Positions 18,544-29,262 of a stretch of 64,000 nucleotides of DNA are shown piece by piece; positions within the stretch are counted from its first letter, which is position 1; every line of letters starts with the position of its first letter. The notes beneath the pieces were generated by a model, which had not been told where the DNA came from, did not search any database, and was given only the letters and a program-made list of their open reading frames with translations. Origin of the DNA: Candidatus Parcubacteria bacterium (GTDB taxonomy: Bacteria > Patescibacteriota > Saccharimonadia > UBA4664 > JBIOIQ01); NCBI GenBank assembly GCA_963718875.1, contig OY970378.1, positions 477,373 through 541,372 of the forward strand. The letters run 5' to 3'. A program made the translations under genes and the position numbers.

Positions 18544-19446
18544 ATGGGAGGTAATAAAGGTTTAGGACGAGGGTTTGATTCACTAATACCTACGCAGTTG
18601 GTGGAGGAAGAGTTTGACCCGACTGCTAGCACGAGTAATAGCGAAGGGTCTAGACCTTCGGCCGACTCTATTTATCAAATTGATTTAAAGTTGGTGGATC
18701 CAAACCCGCACCAGCCGCGGTTAGTGTTTGATGATGCGGCACTAGACGAACTTGCTGCATCGATAAGACAACACGGCATACTACAGCCAATTATTGTTAC
18801 CGAACAAGGCGAGGGACGTTATCAGTTGATTGCGGGCGAGCGGCGTCTGCGAGCAGCGAAATTAGCGAGCCTTAAAACAATCCCTGGCATAGTGCGTAGT
18901 TTTACCGATCAACAGAAGCTTGAGCTGGCTTTGATTGAAAATCTCCAACGCCAAGATCTTAACCCTATCGAAACAGCCACAGCTTACCGTAAACTGGTTG
19001 ATCAATTTAACCTTACGCTAGACACTATTGGAAAAAAAGTTGGGAAGGATACTTCAACTATCTCAAACAGTATGAGATTGCTTAATTTGCCGCTTGAAGC
19101 CAAGAGGGCGGTGGCTAGCGGCCAGATGACTGAGGGGCATGGGCGGACGATTCTAACAGTTCTTAATCCTGAAAAGCAGCTGGTGTTATGTAGGATGATT
19201 ATTGCTAATGATTGGTCTGTGCGTCAAGCTGAGGAGTTTGCTCGCGGATTTAAAGAGCCGAGTGCAACAAAAGACACGGCTTTGAAAAGGATTGCCGAGA
19301 CCAATGAAGTTACCCAGTCTCTGAGTAACTATTTGGGCGCAAAGGTAACCTTGCGTCATACTGCAAGAGGGGGGCGTTTAACAATTGAATACTACTCTGA
19401 AGAGGAATTAGATCGCATTTACCGGGCGATTAAATCGGATAGCTAA
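18544..19446 (+). CDS. parB: ParB/Spo0J partition protein
   Basis: ParB box GERRLRAA and an HTH region. Confidence 0.9.
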   Translation: MGGNKGLGRGFDSLIPTQLVEEEFDPTASTSNSEGSRPSADSIYQIDLKLVDPNPHQPRLVFDDAALDELAASIRQHGILQPIIVTEQGEGRYQLIAGERRLRAAKLASLKTIPGIVRSFTDQQKLELALIENLQRQDLNPIETATAYRKLVDQFNLTLDTIGKKVGKDTSTISNSMRLLNLPLEAKRAVASGQMTEGHGRTILTVLNPEKQLVLCRMIIANDWSVRQAEEFARGFKEPSATKDTALKRIAETNEVTQSLSNYLGAKVTLRHTARGGRLTIEYYSEEELDRIYRAIKSDS

Positions 19447-19452
19447 GATTTG

Positions 19453-20298
19453 CTACAGCAGGGATTGAACTAGCTTTGGTAGGTCTTGAGATACTAGAGA
19501 AAAGAGGCGGAACTTGTCGAGTGGCAGCAACCGAACAGCAGCAGTGCCAACAATTTGTTTTGAGGGTAAAAATCCCCATTCTCGAGAGTCAAAAGATCCA
19601 TTTGGACTGCGGTTATCTCCGAGGACAAAAATACTTCCTTCGGGAACGATGTCGTCAAAAGTGCCTTGAGTGGTCTCGGTTGCGCGTTGGTAAGTTGTAA
19701 GGTCCGGGTCGATACCCTGTGGGTTGAGTTTATTAAAAACTCTGACACGGCCATCTTTTATAACTACATGCTCACCCGGCAGACCAATAACTCGTTTTAC
19801 AAAAATTAGGTTAGGATCTCTAGGGTAGTGGAACACAACGACGTCATAGCGATTAGGTATATAGGCGGAGTTCTTAAATCCGCTAATAGATTTTCCAATT
19901 TTTGACACTATGAGGTAATCAGTGTCATGGAGCGTTGGGTCCATGCTTTGGCCTACAACGTGAAAGGCTTGAAAGACAAAATTGTGCAGAATAAATACTA
20001 TGATAATCGGTATAATAACCCAGTTTAAGATACCAAAGAATATTGACGATATGGCCGAGAAGGCAGTTGATCCCATGTGATTTGACTTGGCCTCGGGTTC
20101 GCTCGAAACACTTTCTGCTGCACCTACTGGGTTTGCCGGGCTGTTACTTTGTTCGTTGTCTGGTGGACTGGGCGGATTGGTTATAGGCTGAGGTGTGGAG
20201 GGTAAAGGCTCCACTTGGCTCGCGAGAGAATTGGTATTCACCGGCTGAGTTGGCGGTACTTGGTTTGGGTTCGGGTTGGTGGGAGTATCGTCATTCAT
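19453..20298 (-). CDS. lepB: signal peptidase I with a Pro-rich N-terminal extension
   Basis: GQSMDPTL (serine box), VKRVIGLPGE, GDNRSPNGSFDSREWGF. Confidence 0.9.
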   Translation of the reverse strand: MNDDTPTNPNPNQVPPTQPVNTNSLASQVEPLPSTPQPITNPPSPPDNEQSNSPANPVGAAESVSSEPEAKSNHMGSTAFSAISSIFFGILNWVIIPIIIVFILHNFVFQAFHVVGQSMDPTLHDTDYLIVSKIGKSISGFKNSAYIPNRYDVVVFHYPRDPNLIFVKRVIGLPGEHVVIKDGRVRVFNKLNPQGIDPDLTTYQRATETTQGTFDDIVPEGSIFVLGDNRSPNGSFDSREWGFLPSKQIVGTAAVRLLPLDKFRLFSLVSQDLPKLVQSLL

Positions 20299-20425
20299 AC
20301 TTAAACTACTATACGCGTTGCATAGATTTGCAGCAAGCTACGAGCTAAGGCTAGTTGTGCTTTTTGGTAAATTATAGCTGTTAATGGTTTACTCTTAACG
20401 GTTATGTCGTTTATACTTAAGCGTA

Positions 20426-21862
20426 ATGGATGAACTCAGCCGACAAAAAATGCGTCGCGCCAACGGCTTCGCAAGGACTACTTTTGGTGGATTTGAACAT
20501 ACTAGAGCAGCAGAAAGGATTGCGCCTGCGGTAGTAGCCTCGCCAAAGGAAGTCTTTGATTATAAAAAAACCAAAATGCCTAAAGTGCATCGATATCGTT
20601 CGACAAAAACGATTGCAGTTATGTCCGCTGCCGTACTAGGCATAACAGTGGTATTTTTTGGGGTAAAAATTGTTTTAGCGACTAATAAGGTTATAACTCG
20701 GAATAATACTGGTGGAGCGCCGGCGCTTTCTAGTGGTACCGTGGTACCAAGTAAACTAAAAGGGGAAGGTGACGGTCGGGTAAACATTTTGCTTATGGGT
20801 ATTGGTGGTGCTGGACATCCCGGAGGATTGCTTAGTGACACCATGATGGTTGTAAGTATTGACCCAAATACCAAAGACACAGCAATGTTAAGCATCCCGA
20901 GAGACTTATGGGTGCAAATTCCCGGTAAGGGAATGAGTAAAATTAATGCCGCGAACGCTTATGGAGGGCCTGAGGTGGCCAAGACGGTGGTCGCTAAAAC
21001 ACTAGATATACCAATACATTACTACGTTCAGCTTGATTTCCAGGGTTTCAAACTGGCAGTTGATCAAGTGGGGGGGATAAACGTTGTGAATGCGACGGCA
21101 TTAAATGATTCTGGGTATCCATGTGATGATGGCGGCGCCTGTCCTTATTATTTGGCCGCTGGAGAGCATTTGCTCAATGGTGCGCAAGCACTTAAGTTTG
21201 CGCGTTGTCGCGAAGGTACATGTGGTAGTAACTATGGTCGGGAAGATCGGCAGCGTCAAAGTTTGCTGGCTTTACGCCAAAAAGCTATGGCTATTTCAAC
21301 TCTCACAAATCCGGTAAAAATTGCCAGCTTAATTGACATTGTTGGCGGGCATCTAAAAACTGATTTACAAATAGCTGATATGGCTAAATTGGCAACTATT
21401 GCAAAATTAGTGGATCCGGATTCTGTTGTGATGAAGGGTCTTGATGATTATACCCTTAGTGGTATGGTGGCTGGTCAAAGTGTAGTGTTGCCAAAGACTG
21501 GAAACTTTGGCGAGATTCGTAATTTTGCTCATTCGATCTTTATCGACACTTATATAAAGCAAGAAAACGCTAGTATAGCGGTGCAAAACGGTACTTCAAG
21601 ATCAGGGTTAGCGGCTACGGTAGGGGCGTTATTAGAAGATACGTACAAATATAACGTAGTTTCAACTACGACTGCTGACAACCAAAACTACCCCACGACT
21701 ATAATTTTTGATTACAGTAATGGTAAAAAGCCCTACACGGTCAATTATTTGGCAACAAGGTTTGGTGTCAAGGTTCAGCGTGCTACGGCTCCGGCTGGAA
21801 ATGTTGCTGACATAAAAATTATTCTTGGAGCCGATTATCATCCTACCGTCATTTCTCGTTAA
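20426..21862 (+). CDS. LytR-CpsA-Psr (LCP) family protein
   Basis: LCP core LLMGIGGAG...SDTMMVVSIDP...MLSIPRDLWV; N-terminal TM helix. Confidence 0.85.
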   Translation: MDELSRQKMRRANGFARTTFGGFEHTRAAERIAPAVVASPKEVFDYKKTKMPKVHRYRSTKTIAVMSAAVLGITVVFFGVKIVLATNKVITRNNTGGAPALSSGTVVPSKLKGEGDGRVNILLMGIGGAGHPGGLLSDTMMVVSIDPNTKDTAMLSIPRDLWVQIPGKGMSKINAANAYGGPEVAKTVVAKTLDIPIHYYVQLDFQGFKLAVDQVGGINVVNATALNDSGYPCDDGGACPYYLAAGEHLLNGAQALKFARCREGTCGSNYGREDRQRQSLLALRQKAMAISTLTNPVKIASLIDIVGGHLKTDLQIADMAKLATIAKLVDPDSVVMKGLDDYTLSGMVAGQSVVLPKTGNFGEIRNFAHSIFIDTYIKQENASIAVQNGTSRSGLAATVGALLEDTYKYNVVSTTTADNQNYPTTIIFDYSNGKKPYTVNYLATRFGVKVQRATAPAGNVADIKIILGADYHPTVISR

Positions 21863-21909
21863 CGACTATAAAGCTACGGTAGGTAAATGTAGTATAATCG
21901 TAAAAACAG

Positions 21910-22662
21910 ATGAAATCGTGGAAGTTAAATTTCTCTTCGGCAACTATTTATAACAGCCTACTTACTTTTATAATAGTGCTACTAGCTATCGCCCATCAAC
22001 CGGCTTTAGCAGTCGGTGTGTTGCTTGCAGATGAGGCGTGGCGCTGGTGGCGACATGATGAGCGGAGCTTGGAATTTATACAAGCTGATAGCTGGTTATG
22101 GCTTAGCGGCATCGCTAGTATAATAATTATTAGCCTTAGCCCAAATTTTGCGATGCAGTTAATATTGTCTATTCTGTTTAGTACCTGGCGCTGGTGGCTC
22201 TTGGCTCGTTTTGAGGTTTCGGAAAATCCCCCTATGATCGTAGCCGCTATTACTCAATCACTAGTGTTGTGGGCGGTGTTTCTAGCTACCGCGGTTTGGC
22301 ATTGGCCAACTATTTTAGTATTAGTCATCATATGGGGGTGCAGCTGGACTATAGCTTGGCAGGTGTTTGCATCCGTAAAGGACAGGGCGGCTGGAGCCTT
22401 AGCTTTGACTTGGGCTTTGATTGTGGCAGAGAGCTCTTGGGTGTTCTCGCTTTGGCTGGTTAATTACGTGGTCTTTAATGGACTACTTATAATTCCTCAG
22501 CCGGCGCTTGTAATAAGTGCCTTGGGTTATTGCTTGGCGGGTATTTATACCTCGCATCGCCGAAGCCAGTTGACTCGCAAACGTTTAGTTGAGTATCTGA
22601 CCATCGGTTTGGTGATCTTGGTTATTGTCATAGCTGGGACTAAATGGAATGGGGTTATTTAG
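21910..22662 (+). CDS. hypothetical Trp-rich polytopic membrane protein
   Basis: Multiple hydrophobic helices; no recognisable motif. Confidence 0.45.
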   Translation: MKSWKLNFSSATIYNSLLTFIIVLLAIAHQPALAVGVLLADEAWRWWRHDERSLEFIQADSWLWLSGIASIIIISLSPNFAMQLILSILFSTWRWWLLARFEVSENPPMIVAAITQSLVLWAVFLATAVWHWPTILVLVIIWGCSWTIAWQVFASVKDRAAGALALTWALIVAESSWVFSLWLVNYVVFNGLLIIPQPALVISALGYCLAGIYTSHRRSQLTRKRLVEYLTIGLVILVIVIAGTKWNGVI

Positions 22663-22798
22663 AATTTTTAACTTAAATAGTTTTTATTTGTGAAAGCTTA
22701 AGTTCAAAAACTGGAATGTAGGTGGGTTAAAGTAAGGTCTTTCTCAGCTCATTGTTGGTATAATAAGTTTGTAATCATTTTGTAAACGAAGGACTCTC

Positions 22799-23998
22799 AT
22801 GGAAGTACATCAGGACGACGGATCCGAGCATAAATTAGATGAAAAACCAAGGTTATCTTCCAATGATAATGTTTTGCCTAGAAACGTTTCTAGCCCTGCC
22901 GGACAACTGGTCTTACTAAGCCTAATTTTTGGTCTTTTGGGTGGGCTTGGAGGAGGGTTTTTAATAGCAAAGTATGGCTCAAGCATCTCTAAGGCAGACC
23001 AAAAAAAGGTGGTCTTGCAAGATAGTTCCGCCATTATTGATGTAGTAAAATCGACTTCTCCAAGTGTCGTTAGTATAAGTTCGCAAACAACCGGGATAGG
23101 CTTATTTGGGCTGCAAACTAGTCAAACAGGGGCAGGAACGGGAATCATTGTCAGCTCGGATGGCTTAATATTAACCAACAATCATGTCGTGAGTGATCAG
23201 GGGGCTACTTTTAGTGTCTTTACGTCGAATGGCCAGGAATATAAGGATGCAACGGTTGTTGCGACTGACCCAACCAGAGATATAGCTTTCATCAGAATTA
23301 AAGCTAAAGGGCTAAAGGCTGCTACATTGGGAGACTCTAGTAATTTAGTAGTAGGGGCTAGGGTTATTGCTATTGGAAACGCCCTGGGCCAGTTTCAGAA
23401 TAGTGCTACTGAAGGGATTATTTCTGGCTTAGGCAGACCGATTGAAGCAGCGAGTGGCAGTAGTGACGGGAGCGGTGTAGAGTCTCTGGATAACCTTATC
23501 CAAACAGATGCTGCCATTAACCCTGGTAACTCTGGTGGTCCACTTGTAAATATTAGTGGGCAGGTGATTGGCATGAATACAGCCATTGCCGGACAAGCTC
23601 AAAATATCGGTTTTGCTATACCAATTAATCTTGCTAAAACGGCCCTCGAAAGTGTCAAGAGTAAAGGCAGGATCACGCGACCTTACTTAGGGGTGCGATA
23701 TCTCGATATTACACCAAGCTTTGCTGCCAGGAATAATATTAAGCAGACTGCTGGTGCTTATGTTTCAGGAGACCGAAACAACTTGGCGGTTTTGCCGGAT
23801 AGTCCTGCTGCTAAAGCTGGCCTCAGAGAAGGAGATATTATTATCAAAATCAATAAGGATACTATTGATGCCAATCACCCCTTGTCTGGCCTGGTGTCGA
23901 AATATGGTATCGGCGACAAGCTAACTATTACCTATATCAGGGACGGTAAGACTCAAACTGTCACCGCCACTCTTGCTGAAGCACCAAGTAATGGCTAA
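22799..23998 (+). CDS. htrA: HtrA/DegP-family serine protease with PDZ domain
   Basis: Catalytic GNSGGPLVN; PDZ-like C-terminus. Confidence 0.9.
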   Translation: MEVHQDDGSEHKLDEKPRLSSNDNVLPRNVSSPAGQLVLLSLIFGLLGGLGGGFLIAKYGSSISKADQKKVVLQDSSAIIDVVKSTSPSVVSISSQTTGIGLFGLQTSQTGAGTGIIVSSDGLILTNNHVVSDQGATFSVFTSNGQEYKDATVVATDPTRDIAFIRIKAKGLKAATLGDSSNLVVGARVIAIGNALGQFQNSATEGIISGLGRPIEAASGSSDGSGVESLDNLIQTDAAINPGNSGGPLVNISGQVIGMNTAIAGQAQNIGFAIPINLAKTALESVKSKGRITRPYLGVRYLDITPSFAARNNIKQTAGAYVSGDRNNLAVLPDSPAAKAGLREGDIIIKINKDTIDANHPLSGLVSKYGIGDKLTITYIRDGKTQTVTATLAEAPSNG

Positions 23999-24360
23999 AC
24001 TTGTTTAAGTTGAGCAATTTCCGCTTGAAGTTTAGTGGCTTTTTCTAAGCTAACATCGTAAATGTTCTTGCCATAGGCCTCGACAATGACATGGTCATGT
24101 CTGAGTAAGTAGTGCTCCACCTTTGAACTTACCTTGATGGTTATTTCGGCTTTCCATTCAAATCTAGGATTTGCATAAGGGGTAGTCAGGGTTAATTCAA
24201 TGGTGCCGTCAAGGTAGTCGAGCTTAGTCCCATATAAAATAAGCTTGTCATCTGGCAAGTCAATTAAGTCCCGTCCATAAACCTTGTTTGCTTTACCACT
24301 ATTGGGACTTTTTAAAATCTCAACAATATCGGCATAAATAATGTTCCAAATCTGCTCCAT
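23995..24360 (-). CDS. hypothetical protein (121 aa)
   Basis: ORF of native composition immediately preceding prmC on the minus strand; no recognisable motif. Confidence 0.4.
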   Translation of the reverse strand: MEQIWNIIYADIVEILKSPNSGKANKVYGRDLIDLPDDKLILYGTKLDYLDGTIELTLTTPYANPRFEWKAEITIKVSSKVEHYLLRHDHVIVEAYGKNIYDVSLEKATKLQAEIAQLKQV

Positions 24361-24364
24361 TAGG

Positions 24365-25168
24365 TTATTTTAGTTGGAATCCCAAAATAAAGTAACCTTG
24401 TTCTGTTAAGGCTAGGCCTGCCTGTGCGGCTTCGTGTATAAGTTCTGGCTGTTGCCAAGGGTCGGATTCGATAAAAACGTATCCGTTGGGGGCTAAGTGG
24501 TTGCCAAGTTGATGAAAAAAACGGCGGTATAGTTCCAAGCCATCGTTTCCGCCAAATAAAGCTACGGCAGGCTCACGCCGTACTTCTGGCATAAGTTCGG
24601 CATCGTTTTTAAGGTAGGGGAGGTTGGTTACGATGGTGGAGAACTTCCCTGAAATATCATCAAATAAGTCTGATTGAATAAACTTAGTATTCAATTTAAG
24701 CTGAGCTGCATTTTTCTTTGCAAGTGTCATTGCTGTGGGTGAAATTTCGGTGGCTGTAATACTTAGATCAGGACGGTGGTGGGCTATGCTCAAAGCTATG
24801 GCGCCTGATCCGGTTCCAATATCAATAAGATCTGAATTTTTAAATGCATATTGAATGGCCCATTCAACCATTTGTTCAGTTTCAACCCTGGGGGTTAAAA
24901 CATCGGGAGTAATCATAAACATTAAACCATAAAACTCTCGCTGATTTATAAGGTGGACGAGAGGGACGCGCTGCGCACGTTGGGCGATAAAAAAATTGAA
25001 CTCTGTTACGATCTTTTTGTCTAAATCGCTATTTGGGTTGGCTAGCAGATGCTCTCTAGACCGGTTGGAAGCATATTCTAATAATACGAGCGTATCAAGG
25101 CGGTGACTAGATATCCCGGCTTTTTCAAGAGTCTGTGATGAATTTTTTAATACATGTCCAATTGTCAT
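24365..25168 (-). CDS. prmC: release-factor glutamine methyltransferase PrmC/HemK
   Basis: SAM motif [11 protein letters not shown] and an NLPY (NPPY-like) motif; downstream of prfA. Confidence 0.85.
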   Translation of the reverse strand: MTIGHVLKNSSQTLEKAGISSHRLDTLVLLEYASNRSREHLLANPNSDLDKKIVTEFNFFIAQRAQRVPLVHLINQREFYGLMFMITPDVLTPRVETEQMVEWAIQYAFKNSDLIDIGTGSGAIALSIAHHRPDLSITATEISPTAMTLAKKNAAQLKLNTKFIQSDLFDDISGKFSTIVTNLPYLKNDAELMPEVRREPAVALFGGNDGLELYRRFFHQLGNHLAPNGYVFIESDPWQQPELIHEAAQAGLALTEQGYFILGFQLK

Positions 25169-26241
25169 AGAGCGGCTGCGTTTAAAGCTGATTCAAGTTC
25201 GGTTTTTCGCAAAGCTTCAATCATTTCGCCAATGTTGCCATCCATATAGCCGGGTAAATTGTGTCGGCTTATACCAATGCGATGGTCCGTTACTCTATCC
25301 TGAGGAAAATTGTAAGTCCGAATTTTTTCGCTGCGATCGCCTGAGCCAATTTGGCTACGACGTGCTGAATCAGTTTCGCTACGTTCTTGTTCAAGTTTCA
25401 TTGCTAGCAGACGCGAGCGTAGTACCCCCATGGCCTTGGTCTTGTTTTTTAGTTGGCTTTTTTCGTCTTGGCAGGTAACTACTAGTCCTGTGGGAAGATG
25501 GGTTATTCGAACTGCAGAATCGGTGGTATTTACAGATTGTCCTCCGTTGCCGCCTGATCGATATACATCAATTCGCAAGTCATTAGGATTTATTTCAAGC
25601 TCAGTTTCTTCGGCTTCGGGAAGAACTGCTACTGTAACGGTAGATGTGTGTATTCGGCCTCCAGATTCTGTGACGGGTATACGCTGAACCCTATGAACTC
25701 CTGATTCAAATTTAAGCTCTCCATAGGCGTTTGAGCCGTGGATACCAAAGATTATTTCTTTAAAACCACCGACATCACTAGGGCTTTCTGAGATAAGCTC
25801 TAAGCGCCAGCCTTTGCTTTCCGAATAGTGGCTATACATGCGAAAAAGTTCTCCAGAAAATAATGATGCCTCGTCTCCACCAGCGCCTGCGCGAATTTCG
25901 ACAATGGCATTCTTGGCATCATGAGGGTCAGTCGGTACTAGAGCAAGCTTAAGCGCCTCTTGAGTTTGATTAAGCTGATGCTCAAGCTCGGGGATTTCTG
26001 CTTCGGCTAGATCGTGCAATTCTGGATCGGATAGTGCTTGCCGGTTTTCTTCTAGGTCTGAGCTTAACTTAGCCCTTCGGTCGTACAGCTCAATCGTAGA
26101 GGCTAGTTCAACCTGCCTCTTGCCGAGGTTGGCCGCTTCAGGTGTACCATAAACTGTGGGATCTTGCATCCGCTCGTTTAACTGGGTGTATTCGTCTCGT
26201 AGTTTACGTTCTGTTTCGTCCATGGTTTTTACTCTAATCAA
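25165..26241 (-). CDS. prfA: peptide chain release factor 1
   Basis: GGQ motif [24 protein letters not shown]. Confidence 0.95.
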   Translation of the reverse strand: MIRVKTMDETERKLRDEYTQLNERMQDPTVYGTPEAANLGKRQVELASTIELYDRRAKLSSDLEENRQALSDPELHDLAEAEIPELEHQLNQTQEALKLALVPTDPHDAKNAIVEIRAGAGGDEASLFSGELFRMYSHYSESKGWRLELISESPSDVGGFKEIIFGIHGSNAYGELKFESGVHRVQRIPVTESGGRIHTSTVTVAVLPEAEETELEINPNDLRIDVYRSGGNGGQSVNTTDSAVRITHLPTGLVVTCQDEKSQLKNKTKAMGVLRSRLLAMKLEQERSETDSARRSQIGSGDRSEKIRTYNFPQDRVTDHRIGISRHNLPGYMDGNIGEMIEALRKTELESALNAAAL

Positions 26242-26289
26242 AATGCGCTGCTTCTATTGTAGCAGCGCATTTTGATTAATTTCTGTTAA

Positions 26290-26631
26290 TTACTTATTGT
26301 TTTCGAGCTGCTTTATATCCACAGTTTCTGTGGCCAGCTCCGCTTCTATTTTTTCAATTGAATCTTCGACTAAAGCCTCGGAATTGCCCTTTCTTGGAGC
26401 TTTTGGCTTTGACTTAGATTTTAACTTTTCAGCTTGACTGCGGCGGGCGTTAAATTTATCGACTCGGCCAGCAGTGTCGATTAGTTTTTGCTTACCGGTA
26501 TAGAAAGGATGACAATTTGAGCAAATTTCAACAGTAATTTCTGGAACCGTTGAATGGGTTTGGAATGTCGTGTTACAGCCGTTGCAATGTACCTTGGTGT
26601 CGATGTAATTTGGATGGATTCCGGTTTTCAT
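26290..26631 (-). CDS. rpmE: 50S ribosomal protein L31 with a Lys-rich C-terminal extension
   Basis: MKTGIHPNY...[12 protein letters not shown] signature; start taken at the internal Met of the listed ORF. Confidence 0.8.
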   Translation of the reverse strand: MKTGIHPNYIDTKVHCNGCNTTFQTHSTVPEITVEICSNCHPFYTGKQKLIDTAGRVDKFNARRSQAEKLKSKSKPKAPRKGNSEALVEDSIEKIEAELATETVDIKQLENNK

Positions 26632-26830
26632 GGATAGGAGTATATCAGGAAATCGCTCGGCAGGCAACATTAGTGGGTCTGGGTGCTGTCCACTTAAATG
26701 GAACGACCAAGCTTTTAAGTGGCGTAAATGGATCTTCAAAGCGCTCTCGGCGGCTTCTTCTTGGCCCTAAGCTCTCTTATAATTCCGGGAATCATCACTA
26801 ATGTCATCTCTAAAAGTATCAACCAGACAC

Positions 26831-27085
26831 ATCCACTGGTGGTGTTTTAACTAGGTACCACCAAACTGTCAGTAGTCAAAGTACTGCCTTAGGCAGCCAA
26901 AAGGATTATAAGTTACTCTCGCTTTAAAGCTTAGACTTTAAATGCCATAAACTTGAGATAACACCAAAAAAGACATAAATCATCTCAAGCGGTCTTAGGC
27001 TGGCCTAAAGAGCTAAAAATAAAAAGTACTGACAGTTTGGTGGTACCTGCCTTAATCAAGGTAAGATGGCAGGGCGACATAGGAA
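26831..27085. mobile_element. MITE-like element, copy 2 (inverted relative to copy 1)
   Basis: Reverse-complement match to 9575-9850, including the GTACTGACAGTTTGGTGGTACC ends. Confidence 0.7.
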
Positions 27086-27246
27086 CTTAAAAGGATGCCG
27101 CCAACCAACTGTTGGTATTGTTTGAGTAGTAAAAACCTGGTATAGTGGTTTGACATTACAAACTAACCATCAACTTTGGGTTATTAATTCCTCCGCGGCC
27201 TTAAACGAAAGGTGCGGCTGCCTGAAGTGAAGATAAGGAAAAAATT

Positions 27247-28062
27247 ATGACAGAAGTAAGCCTTAAAGAGCTACTCGAGGCTGGTGCGCACTTTGGCCAT
27301 CAGACAAGGCGTTGGAACCCCAAGATGAAACAATATATTTATGGGGAGCGTGGTGGGGTTCATATCATTGATTTAACTCAAACGGCAACCGGTTTAACTG
27401 AGGCTGCTAAATTTGCCCAAGATGTAACTGCTAGTGGGGGTTTAATTCTATTTGTTGGTACTAAGCAACAAGTTCGAACGATTGTTAGGCAAGCAGCAGT
27501 GGATGCTAATATGCCGTTTGTGACGGAGCGTTGGTTGGGTGGAATGTTAACCAATTACCGCACTATCAAAGCACGTATTAATCGTTTAGTTAAACTTGGA
27601 GCTCAGGCTGATTCGGGTGAGTTAGCGGCAAATTATAATAAAAAAGAACAAAGTGTATTAAACGAAGAAATGAGTAAGCTAGAAAATATTTTTGGTGGTA
27701 TCAAGGCTATGGAAGGCTTACCCAAGGCATTATATGTGATTGATGCGCCGCGAGAGCACATTGCCATAGCTGAGGCAAAAAAATTGGGGATAAAAGTTAT
27801 TGCAATTGCCGATTCGAATGCCAACCCTGACCTAATTGACTATTTAATACCTGCAAATGATGACGCGCTTCGTTCCGTAGCCGTTATAACAGGGGTTATT
27901 TCGGAAGCCGCAAAGTCGGGGCGGTCTAGCTATAAGGCCAAGTCGGCTGAGCCAGATCAAGAAAAACCTGATAAATTAATTGCGGCTAATTCGACCGCAA
28001 AAGCGACGGAGCCAAAAAAAGTTAGCGAGAAAGAATCAGTCGCATCTGGGGAAAAAAAATAG
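27247..28062 (+). CDS. rpsB: 30S ribosomal protein S2
   Basis: LLEAGAHFGHQTRRWNPKM. Confidence 0.95.
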   Translation: MTEVSLKELLEAGAHFGHQTRRWNPKMKQYIYGERGGVHIIDLTQTATGLTEAAKFAQDVTASGGLILFVGTKQQVRTIVRQAAVDANMPFVTERWLGGMLTNYRTIKARINRLVKLGAQADSGELAANYNKKEQSVLNEEMSKLENIFGGIKAMEGLPKALYVIDAPREHIAIAEAKKLGIKVIAIADSNANPDLIDYLIPANDDALRSVAVITGVISEAAKSGRSSYKAKSAEPDQEKPDKLIAANSTAKATEPKKVSEKESVASGEKK

Positions 28063-28064
28063 CT

Positions 28065-28649
28065 ATGGTAGACATTCAAGATATAAAAAAATTACGTGAC
28101 CAAACCGGAGCTGGCATGATGAGCGCAAAAAAGGCTTTGGAAGAAGCGGGTGGAGATTTTGAGCAAGCTGTAACGCTATTGCGAAAAGCTGGAGAGGCTA
28201 GTGCTGCCAAAAAAGCTGACCGCGAGGCTAGCCAAGGGGCTATTGAAGCTTACGTGCACTCCAGTCGTATTGGCGTGTTAGTCGAAATTAACTGTGAAAC
28301 GGATTTTGTTGCTCGAACAGAAGATTTTAAGCAGTTTGTTCATGACATTGCTATGCATATAGCTGCAGCTGATCCTAAATACGTTTTACCATCGGAGGTG
28401 CCGGAGCCGGTGATTGAAAAAGAAAAAGAGATTTACTTATCAGAAGTGGCAGACAAGCCTGCCGAAGTCGTAGAAAAAATCGTAATGGGTAAACTGGATA
28501 AATTTTATTCAAGTATTTGTTTGGTGCGCCAACCGTTTGTAAAAGATCCAGAGAAGACTATTGAAGCCCTCACTACCGAACTAATTGCAAAATTGGGTGA
28601 AAATATTGTTATTCGTCGGTTCGAACGTCTTGAACTAGGGGTCTTGTAA
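28065..28649 (+). CDS. tsf: elongation factor Ts (short form)
   Basis: LRDQTGAGMMSAKKAL signature. Confidence 0.9.
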   Translation: MVDIQDIKKLRDQTGAGMMSAKKALEEAGGDFEQAVTLLRKAGEASAAKKADREASQGAIEAYVHSSRIGVLVEINCETDFVARTEDFKQFVHDIAMHIAAADPKYVLPSEVPEPVIEKEKEIYLSEVADKPAEVVEKIVMGKLDKFYSSICLVRQPFVKDPEKTIEALTTELIAKLGENIVIRRFERLELGVL

Positions 28650-28693
28650 TAGTAAGTTTGGTTTTTTGAGCTTCCCGGGCTAGAATTAATATT

Positions 28694-29257
28694 ATGGACG
28701 TAAGAACGCTTATAAATTCTGCTGATGCTAAAATGTTAAAAGCCATTGGTCACTTGCGTGAGGAGCTGAATGGTTTAAGGACTGGAAGAGCGAGTGTTGT
28801 AATGGTTGATGGAGTAATCGTGGACTATTATGGGCAGTCGATGCAACTCAAAACCCTAGCTACTATCGGAACGCCAGATGCAAAAACGATTTCGATTACC
28901 CCATGGGATAGGAATGCACTGGAGCCGATCGAAAAAGCTATTCGGGAAACGCAGTCCCTTGGTCTTGTACCAAACAGCGATGGACACACTATTAGGCTTA
29001 ATATACCGCCTATGACAGAGGAAAGGCGACGTGATGTTGTAAAACAATTGGGTGAAAAGGTAGAGGCTTGTCACATTAGTTTACGAAATGTGCGCCATGA
29101 AATCCTTAATGACGTCAAAAAAATGGAGAAGAATAAGCAGGCTACGCAAGATGATGTAAAATTCGCGGAAGGTGAGCTAAATAAAAAAATTGACGGTCAT
29201 AGGTTGGTTATCAATGAAATTGAAGCTATAAAAACTACTGAAATAATGCAGGTATAG
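28694..29257 (+). CDS. frr: ribosome recycling factor
   Basis: RTGRASVVMVDGV...IRLNIPPMTEERRRD. Confidence 0.9.
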   Translation: MDVRTLINSADAKMLKAIGHLREELNGLRTGRASVVMVDGVIVDYYGQSMQLKTLATIGTPDAKTISITPWDRNALEPIEKAIRETQSLGLVPNSDGHTIRLNIPPMTEERRRDVVKQLGEKVEACHISLRNVRHEILNDVKKMEKNKQATQDDVKFAEGELNKKIDGHRLVINEIEAIKTTEIMQV

Positions 29258-29262
29258 CAAGC

